Assembly: GCA_041742075.1 (NCBI GenBank)
Contig: JBGSJJ010000016.1
Location: 19,128-83,127 of the forward strand
Direction of reading: 5' to 3'
DNA: 64,000 nucleotides
Source: Minisyncoccia bacterium
Lineage (GTDB): Bacteria > Patescibacteriota > Minisyncoccia > Phycocordibacterales > UBA918
Shown: in pieces, positions 57,153-64,000 of the stretch
Position numbering within the stretch: position 1 is the stretch's first letter
How the letters are laid out: each line of letters starts with the position of its first letter
Made by a program: the position numbers and the translations under genes
The notes under the pieces: generated by a model
Database searches by the model: none
Seen by the model: the letters and a program-made list of their open reading frames with translations, nothing else
Told to the model about the DNA's origin: nothing

Positions 57153-58484
57153 TTACAGTGAATAGTTGCCAACCGGAAGATTGCTTGGTGCTTCACTACG
57201 AGTCGAGGTAATACGTTGCAGACTCGGGGTAAGTGCTACCTTACCTGGTAAGTGGTACATAGTAGCAAGTTCAAGTGAGGTAAATATTTTGGTAGCGTCG
57301 CTACTCGTCCGATTCGCATACTTGCGTAACTTATAGCGCTTCAGCTCCTCTTTCTTGTAGGTAGGGATTTTTGTACCGAGTGGGTCTGAGAACATCGGAT
57401 AGTCAAAGTCAGTTCTCCATCTGGCTCCTATCCCATTTCTGCCCTGGATGTCGTACTGGGTAAAGGTACGGATAATCATTGGAATCACGTCACCGGTAAA
57501 CTTCCCGGTTGGGGTGAGGTAGAGCCAACGGATTCCTACTTCGTAGGCGTACTTCGAAAGGTTTGTTTCCATCATTTCCACCATATTTCGTTCACCGGGT
57601 GTGAGTCTCGGCGCTCCTTCCATTTCGATTTGTCCGAGTTTTGTCTTTGGGTCACGTCGCATTATTTTGTCTATTTCAGCTCGCCCTGGGACGTCCCAAG
57701 CTGGCTCTTTTTTCAGCTGACCATTTTTAAAGTTTTTCTCACGGTGTGGTGTACAAATAATCTGTATCCAAACTCGCTCATAGGGCTTAATCGAACCAAG
57801 AGCTTCAAGCATCGGGGTCATTGGGTCGAGCTTCTCTTCTTCTTTCGGTAACTTGTCGAGTCCAAACTCAGTATAAACTTTTATCGGGTACTCAGAATTT
57901 TTCTTCTTCCCCATATGGATAGCCATACACTCATACCCTTCTAAGTTACTTGGTATTTCTGCCGTGTAATCAAGCGGCACTTCGACTATTTCAACTCCTG
58001 GGTACTGACTATAAAGGTTTACCTTAAACAACTCTTTCGTCTTTTTGGTAGGTAGATTGACGTAAAACTTAACCTGCCCGCCAGTTGAAACAAGTTCTAG
58101 CGAGTACGGTAACGGACGTTTACCGTCAATATACGTTTGCATGTAGTTGTCTGGATTGTTTACGTTGTGTATCTGGGCTATAACCGTTTCCATCGCTTCT
58201 GGCGACTTAAAGACTTCTGGTGGGAGTTTTATCTCCAGCGTAGTTCGCCCATTGTTCAAGTAAAAATCGAGACCAATCATGTCCATCCATTTATCATAAA
58301 AAAGATAAAACGTTACATACGGTAGCCATAGTGGACTGAGGGCAAAAAGAAACGTCAAGGCTTGGAATTGAGAAACGCCAATTCGAGCAAGAACGAAAAT
58401 AATAATGACAATACCAACGAGCGCAAGAATCTTTCCTGGGTCAAAGAGTTGACCTTTAGCCTTAGTAAGCGGTTTTGTTGCCAT
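57153..58484 (-). CDS. Conserved hypothetical membrane protein
   Basis: 2 TM helices, then LEIKLP..K.P.AME, YSLEL, YSQYP, ELATMYHLP. Confidence 0.75.
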   Translation of the reverse strand: MATKPLTKAKGQLFDPGKILALVGIVIIIFVLARIGVSQFQALTFLFALSPLWLPYVTFYLFYDKWMDMIGLDFYLNNGRTTLEIKLPPEVFKSPEAMETVIAQIHNVNNPDNYMQTYIDGKRPLPYSLELVSTGGQVKFYVNLPTKKTKELFKVNLYSQYPGVEIVEVPLDYTAEIPSNLEGYECMAIHMGKKKNSEYPIKVYTEFGLDKLPKEEEKLDPMTPMLEALGSIKPYERVWIQIICTPHREKNFKNGQLKKEPAWDVPGRAEIDKIMRRDPKTKLGQIEMEGAPRLTPGERNMVEMMETNLSKYAYEVGIRWLYLTPTGKFTGDVIPMIIRTFTQYDIQGRNGIGARWRTDFDYPMFSDPLGTKIPTYKKEELKRYKLRKYANRTSSDATKIFTSLELATMYHLPGKVALTPSLQRITSTRSEAPSNLPVGNYSL

Positions 58485-58564
58485 AGTTTGTTCTATTGTA
58501 CAACAAACAACTCCAGTTTTCCGAAGAATACTGGAGTTGTTTGGAATAACTGCTGGTCGTTGTT

Positions 58565-59590
58565 TTAGTCTACGAGACTGTATGAACCGTTGGCAAGTCG
58601 CTTGAAGATGTTGCCGTCTTGGAGGTTTACGATAATCGTATTGTCCTTCACGTAGCGCTCTTTACGAACTTTGTCGATAATTTCTTCTCGAGTCAGTGGT
58701 CCGTGTTGAAGAAGGATGTCACGAAGTACATCTTTGACGACACCAGCTGAGTAGCCCCATTCGGTAAGAGCGTAGAGTCCTCGTCCAACCAAGACAAAGC
58801 GTTCGTCTTTGATAAGTTCATTGTGGGTAGTAGCAGTATGCGCCTTCTTTTCAAATAGTTGTTCGATAGCTTCAGCCACTTCACGGAAGTGCATTGGTGA
58901 GCCGTGACGCTTCACTACCAGGTACGCATAGTCTCGGATTCCTTTTACCCGCACATTTGGACTGGCTGAGTGACCCCATTCACCGAGTGGATTGGCAGCA
59001 ATTTCTTTTGAGATAAGGAGCCATCGTTTGAGGATTTCTTCATCATGCTTTTCAGTAAGAGAGATAAGTTCTTCTCGGAAGCGATTGATCATATCTTCTT
59101 CTGTAATCAGTTCTTCGCGAGAAAGTGACTTGTGGACACTCTTAAGCGCGGCTTCTACCGTGTCAGCAATCTTCTTTTCAGTGTACCAACGATGGGTGTA
59201 TTGGGTACTTTCTTTTGATCGGTAAAAAGAGTGACCAATGACAAGGAGGAAGTAGATGTGATTGCGGAGTTCTGGGTCAGGAGTGATTTCGTTTAGAACC
59301 ACGTGTTCTGCAACGAGACCACCACCGAGCTTGGCGATAGCAGTCTGAATTTCAGTAAATACTGGTTCAAACTCGTCATAGACCGGGGACTTCTGAATAG
59401 ACTGAATACCGTAGTTTTCAATCTGACGTACTCGTTCACGGGTGATGCCGTAGGTTTGACCGATTGACTCGAGTGTATGAGAAGTCCCATCACTACCAAG
59501 GCCATACCGTTTCTCGAGAACGTCTTTAGCACGTTCTGGAAGAACGCTGAGCAGTTTCTTTGTAACTTGTTTTGGTTTAAACGAAATCAT
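58565..59590 (-). CDS. Sigma70 region-4-like HTH protein with C-terminal winged-HTH (HARE-HTH/RNAP delta-like) domains
   Basis: RYGL..TLESIG..YGITRERVRQIE; PMHFREVAE..HNELIKDERFVLVGRGLYAL. Confidence 0.8.
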   Translation of the reverse strand: MISFKPKQVTKKLLSVLPERAKDVLEKRYGLGSDGTSHTLESIGQTYGITRERVRQIENYGIQSIQKSPVYDEFEPVFTEIQTAIAKLGGGLVAEHVVLNEITPDPELRNHIYFLLVIGHSFYRSKESTQYTHRWYTEKKIADTVEAALKSVHKSLSREELITEEDMINRFREELISLTEKHDEEILKRWLLISKEIAANPLGEWGHSASPNVRVKGIRDYAYLVVKRHGSPMHFREVAEAIEQLFEKKAHTATTHNELIKDERFVLVGRGLYALTEWGYSAGVVKDVLRDILLQHGPLTREEIIDKVRKERYVKDNTIIVNLQDGNIFKRLANGSYSLVD

Positions 59591-59695
59591 AATTAATTAC
59601 CATTATAAAACGGGCTTACTGCTCGTTTCTAAAATACCCCGCTGTTGTATGTTGTAATTCTATCATGTCTATTGACATACGTCAACACTGTTGTC

Positions 59696-62092
59696 TTAGT
59701 CACCTTTTATGACTAGGTTTAGTATCCTCCCCTCAACGTATATAACCTTCACAATCTCCCCACTGATGTACTTTGCAAGCTGTGGTGAGCATCGCGCTTC
59801 TAGGGTGGCTTCTTGCTCAGTTGCGCCGGCAGAAAGTGTTATATTTCCCCGCACTTTACCGTTTATCTGCACACCAATCGTTACTTCGTTGTCAGCACTA
59901 AGTGCCTCGTCTGCTTCTGGAAACTGCGTTATGTGGATTGAATCAGTGTGGCCTAATTGACTCCAAATCTCCTCTGTTAGGTGTGGTGCAAAGGGAGCAA
60001 GAAGTTTGAGGAATGTGGTGTAATTAGCCTGACTAATACCCTCTTTTTCGGCCAGATTGACGAAAATCATCATCGCACTGATAGCAGTATTAAACTTAAA
60101 TTCTTGAATATCTGAAGCTACTTTCTCGATTGTCTTATGAAGTTGTCGCGTTACTGCCTCAGCTTCGACTTCGGTAAAGTGTTCCGTAAGACCATAGACT
60201 CGCTCTAGAAAACGCCGTACCCCAGCGATACCACCCGGGTCCCACGGATAGTTGTTGCCTTCGTATGGGCCCATAAAAGCTAGGTACATTTTGACCGCAT
60301 CGGCTCCAACGAAGCGTACTTGTTCGTCTGGATCAATCACGTTGCCTTTACTCTTACTCATCTTGTTTCCGTCCGGACCCAAGATAAGTCCACGATTAAG
60401 GCGACGCTTATATGGCTCGCTGTGGACAGCCAGTCCAAGGTCAAGAAGCGCTTTTTGCCAAAAGCGTGAGTAGAGCAAGTGCATAGTGGTGTGTTCTGCA
60501 CCACCGAAATAGATGTCTACCGGTAGCCAGTCATTCTGTGCTTTGGCGCTTGAAAGTTCTTCATCATTTTGATTATCGATATAGCGGAGGTAGTACCACG
60601 AAGAGTCCACGAAGGTGTCCATGGTTTCTACTTCAGGTGTCCAACCGGCACCAAAGATAGCTTCAGTTCGTTTCTTGAGTTCTGCACTTTTTGCTAGAGG
60701 CGCTTCACCAGTTGGTCTGAAGTCGACGTCCTCAGGCAGTAGCCACGGCAAGTGTTCTTTTGGTACCGGGTGTGCCTTCCCGCTCGGGTCGTATACGATA
60801 GGAATTGGTACCCCCCAGTAGCGCTGACGCCCAATAGACCAGTCACGCAGGCGATAGGTTGAGGTCATCTTCCCTCCTACCTTTTCAACAATTTTAATTT
60901 TAGCTTCTTCACTGTCCATTCTGTCAAACTCGCCAGAGTTTATGAGTGTACCTCCACCTACATACGCTCCAGTGATATTTTCACTACCGTGTGATGAATC
61001 AATTACATTTACAATCAAACAACTAAACTTCTGTGCAAACGCAAAATCGCGTTCATCGTGTGCTGGGACTGCCATAATGGCACCAGTACCGTAGCTTCCG
61101 AGTACGTAATCGGCTATATACACCGGTATAGTTTCACCGGTGGCTGGGTTTACGGCAGTAATACCTTCAAGCTTCACTCCAGTCTTCTCCTTGGTAGCGT
61201 CTAAGCGGTCTTGCTCGGCTTTTTGCTTACTCGCAACAATATACCCCGCCACATCTCCCCAATTAGTGATTGAGGCCTTATTTGCTTCTACAAGTGGGTG
61301 CTCTGGTGCAAGCACGAGATACGTAGCACCATAGAGAGTGTCAGGCCTGGTGGTAAAGACTGTAACACTGTCTCCGGTTGAGAGCGTAAAGTCTAGGAGC
61401 GCTCCCTTGCTCCGACCAATCCACTGTCGCTGGGCTTCCTTTATGTGCTCTGGCCAAGCAAGGGTATCTAGGTCATCGATGAGGCGGTCAGCGTACTTCG
61501 TGATGCGGAGCATCCACTGCGGCATCTCGCGCTTCTCTATCAAGTCACCCGAGCGTTCACAGGTACCATCGGCGAGCACTTGCTCGTTTGCTATCACGGT
61601 GTTACACCCTGGACACCAGTTCACAACTCCAGTTCCTCGATACGCAATATCGTTTTCAAAAAACTTAGTAAACATCCACTGTGTCCACTTGTAGTACTCA
61701 GGGTCAGTTGAGCTCGTGGTTTTGTCCCAGGAAAAAGCGTTCCCCATACTCTCAAGCTGATTCTGCATGTACGTTATGTTGTCGTTCGTCCAAGCTTTTG
61801 GATCAAGACCACGCTTGATAGCAGCGTTCTCAGCTGGCAAACCAAATGCATCAAAGCCCATTGGAAACACTACTTGCTTCCCGGTCATCCGTAAGTAACG
61901 GACATAGATGTCTGGTACGGCAAACGCGTACCAGTGTCCGATGTGGAGATTTCCAGAAGGATACGGCCATTCAACGAGTATATAGCGTTTCTCTTTCGAT
62001 TCGTCGCGCTTCCCTGCTGTATGTATACCGGACTCTTTCCAAATGGCGTGCCACTTTTTTTCAATCTCTGCGCTGTCGAATTTTTTAATCAT
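59696..62092 (-). CDS. leuS: Leucine--tRNA ligase
   Basis: PYPSG.LHIGH, GFDAFGLPAENAA, editing domain, KMSKSKGN. Confidence 0.98.
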   Translation of the reverse strand: MIKKFDSAEIEKKWHAIWKESGIHTAGKRDESKEKRYILVEWPYPSGNLHIGHWYAFAVPDIYVRYLRMTGKQVVFPMGFDAFGLPAENAAIKRGLDPKAWTNDNITYMQNQLESMGNAFSWDKTTSSTDPEYYKWTQWMFTKFFENDIAYRGTGVVNWCPGCNTVIANEQVLADGTCERSGDLIEKREMPQWMLRITKYADRLIDDLDTLAWPEHIKEAQRQWIGRSKGALLDFTLSTGDSVTVFTTRPDTLYGATYLVLAPEHPLVEANKASITNWGDVAGYIVASKQKAEQDRLDATKEKTGVKLEGITAVNPATGETIPVYIADYVLGSYGTGAIMAVPAHDERDFAFAQKFSCLIVNVIDSSHGSENITGAYVGGGTLINSGEFDRMDSEEAKIKIVEKVGGKMTSTYRLRDWSIGRQRYWGVPIPIVYDPSGKAHPVPKEHLPWLLPEDVDFRPTGEAPLAKSAELKKRTEAIFGAGWTPEVETMDTFVDSSWYYLRYIDNQNDEELSSAKAQNDWLPVDIYFGGAEHTTMHLLYSRFWQKALLDLGLAVHSEPYKRRLNRGLILGPDGNKMSKSKGNVIDPDEQVRFVGADAVKMYLAFMGPYEGNNYPWDPGGIAGVRRFLERVYGLTEHFTEVEAEAVTRQLHKTIEKVASDIQEFKFNTAISAMMIFVNLAEKEGISQANYTTFLKLLAPFAPHLTEEIWSQLGHTDSIHITQFPEADEALSADNEVTIGVQINGKVRGNITLSAGATEQEATLEARCSPQLAKYISGEIVKVIYVEGRILNLVIKGD

Positions 62093-62180
62093 AGTCGAAC
62101 TCACATTATGCCGTGTATACAATAATAGTCAAAGGGCTACAGCAACTGCCGTAGCCCTACTAAAAATTATCTTCCGTACT

Positions 62181-62462
62181 TCAACTTGAACCGTAGGCCA
62201 ATGCAGATGTACAGCAGAAATGAGATGATGCTGGGCCAAAAAAACCCAAACCAAACAACTCTTGATGCGTAAGAGCGAGAAATACAGTGATTGGAAGAAG
62301 TGTACCGAGCACTAGGTAGTACGCCGGTAGTGGGTCCCATGATTCCGTAAAGTGAGCCGGAAAACCTTGCTGTTTGTTAAGCAATCCCTCTAGATAGGTA
62401 AATCTTAGCAAGATAAACGGCCAGAGCAATACGCTCAAAACATAGAATCCAATAGCAATCAT
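62181..62462 (-). CDS. Small hypothetical membrane protein
   Basis: AAGGAGG SD, two hydrophobic segments. Confidence 0.6.
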   Translation of the reverse strand: MIAIGFYVLSVLLWPFILLRFTYLEGLLNKQQGFPAHFTESWDPLPAYYLVLGTLLPITVFLALTHQELFGLGFFGPASSHFCCTSALAYGSS

Positions 62463-62516
62463 TTCCGCCTCCTTGGCTGGTCCTCGTCTACCGACGATAC
62501 TAGCACAGTGAGTCTA

Positions 62517-63428
62517 CTATTCAACTGAAGGTAGCGTAGTGTTGACTACTCGCTCGAAACAGTACTTTCCAGCTGGGTGCTCCCAGTTGTACGGATTGCG
62601 AATGAGTGATTTTTCGTCAATATAATACGGTGAAGATGCAAACTCATCTGGTTTGGAAGCGAGGGCGAATGTCGCACACAGCTCAAAGCCCTTCTCGGTA
62701 ACTCGGTATTCGTACGAAGGTCTACCTTCGGGTGCTGTTTTCATTGGAAAGTCACCATACACCTCTTCCAGTGTGGTTGGTAGACTTATACCGAGATCAA
62801 TCTTCTCTTCAACCCTCTGCTGAATAGTAGTTAAGTCTTGAATCTGTGTATCGTCGAGCCTCGCTTCTCTGACTTCACCGGGTTTTTGAATTTGCATAAA
62901 GCCAATCACAATCGATGCGAGAACGACAATTGACACCACCACACCAACGTAAATTGATTTCTGTTCGTTCTTCTGCCAGTACCCACGTGCGTCATAGAGG
63001 TAGTACGTAAAGGCGCCGCCAACCGCCACAAACAATGTTCCAGCCTTGAGTACAAAGCGTAGTGTGAGTTCGCCATTTAAAAAGGTGTAGATGGTAGTGA
63101 CGAAGTTTCCAAGTAGTAGCAGACCGCCCGCGAGAAGAGATAGGTATAAGAGCCACTTGGTAAGGCCTAAGTAAAGCGCACTTCCATCTCGCCGTTGCTT
63201 ATTTACAATCCGTGTTAGCACTAAGTAGGTTGGAAAGAAGACGACGAGCGTCGCAATCGAAAATCGAATCGTCGACATTGAGCTTTCTATTTCCCAGCTT
63301 CCATAGGAAGCGTCGGGTACCAAGAGGTTGATAACACTAAATACGAGGACTATTAAACTGGTAAGTGATACGTACAGTGTGATAAAAGCGCCCAACTGTA
63401 AGGCAAAATGTTTTGCAGTATGTTCCAT
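62517..63428 (-). CDS. DUF5671-like multi-TM protein with pilin-like C-terminal domain
   Basis: KWLLYLSL, FLNGELTLRF.LK, D..RI.DL..I-like segment, YEY...FELCATF. Confidence 0.75.
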   Translation of the reverse strand: MEHTAKHFALQLGAFITLYVSLTSLIVLVFSVINLLVPDASYGSWEIESSMSTIRFSIATLVVFFPTYLVLTRIVNKQRRDGSALYLGLTKWLLYLSLLAGGLLLLGNFVTTIYTFLNGELTLRFVLKAGTLFVAVGGAFTYYLYDARGYWQKNEQKSIYVGVVVSIVVLASIVIGFMQIQKPGEVREARLDDTQIQDLTTIQQRVEEKIDLGISLPTTLEEVYGDFPMKTAPEGRPSYEYRVTEKGFELCATFALASKPDEFASSPYYIDEKSLIRNPYNWEHPAGKYCFERVVNTTLPSVE

Positions 63429-63483
63429 ATACCTACTAGTATGCGCTTTTTAAACCTTTAGTAAAGGCTGACTTTGCTCGGTG

Positions 63484-63792
63484 CTACTTGGTCATGCCTT
63501 GTGGAAGTAGTTCTCTGTGTGCGTCAAAATACGTATCAAGAGCAGTTTGAATCACTCTTCGGTCTAGAGAGTCAACGGTAATACTGTCTACATACTCCCT
63601 TCTAAGTTCTAAAGCTCCATTGGTATTGAATGACTCGTAGAGTTCAATTGCGTACGTGTTTCTGGTGGTTGGAACAATCTTAAATCTATAGCCAAAGTTT
63701 TCATCTCGGTAGATAACTGACTTCATGGTGTTAAGTGCGTATAGTGCTTCAGTGTCTGATTCATTGTTATTCTTTAACGTGAGTTTTTCCAT
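63484..63792 (-). CDS. Hypothetical protein
   Basis: Likely start MEKLTLK at 63792; the upstream extension overlaps the divergent gene. Confidence 0.6.
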   Translation of the reverse strand: MEKLTLKNNNESDTEALYALNTMKSVIYRDENFGYRFKIVPTTRNTYAIELYESFNTNGALELRREYVDSITVDSLDRRVIQTALDTYFDAHRELLPQGMTK

Positions 63793-63819
63793 ATCTGTAT
63801 TATATCGTATACTGTGACT

Positions 63820-64000
63820 ATGAATCCTGAAGAACTTAAAAAAGCCCCAAAACTGTTTTGTGAAAATATTCGTATTGGCTACACCGCCGAGTACTTTGTG
63901 GTCGGTATGAGTTCTGGTACCCAAGCACAGATCTACAGCTTGAGTCCGGCACACGCCAAACGATTGTTACAGTACTTAACGCATGAGTTAAAAGACTTTG
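63820..64000 (+). CDS. DUF3467-like protein, 3' partial (not in ORF track)
   Basis: MNPEELKKAPKLFCENIRIGYTAEYFVVG...SPAHAKRLLQYL; the SPxHAK motif is characteristic. Confidence 0.75.
   Translation, partial: MNPEELKKAPKLFCENIRIGYTAEYFVVGMSSGTQAQIYSLSPAHAKRLLQYLTHELKDF

Overview
A 64-kb chromosomal segment in genetic code 11 from a Candidate Phyla Radiation bacterium, most likely Patescibacteria/Parcubacteria. This call is inferred from the gene set, the truncated AlaRS, the archaeal-type AspRS, the tail-fibre/S74 protein and SD-less core genes. A minus-strand housekeeping backbone (gltX, murG-ftsW-mraY, scpA/B, pepA, aspS, trpS, grpE-dnaK-dnaJ, infA-rpmJ-rpsM-rpsK-rpsD-rpoA-rplQ-rplM-rpsI, alaS, M16 pair, mnmA, mltG, leuS) is interrupted by single-gene accessory cassettes, most with their own sigma70 promoter, SD and terminator. 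No rRNA, tRNA, CRISPR, transposase or integrase was seen. The main observations are: (i) a compact locus of a stand-alone DUF2156 aa-tRNA transferase, an EamA exporter, a Cys-rich protein and two paralogous 7TM histidine kinases, which could be an undescribed synthase-exporter-receptor signalling system; (ii) scars of DNA accretion at 3' ends of core genes, namely a synonymously diverged copy of the last 19 dnaJ codons and a 73-bp repeated hairpin element at the rpsI stop that carries an antisense copy of its target; (iii) an unannotated promoter-48-aa ORF-~320-nt structured RNA unit between scpB and scpA; (iv) several REP/MITE-like palindrome families at cassette junctions; (v) a GH26 plus hyaluronan-synthase-like GT2 module. 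All family calls are by motif recognition only; no searches were run.
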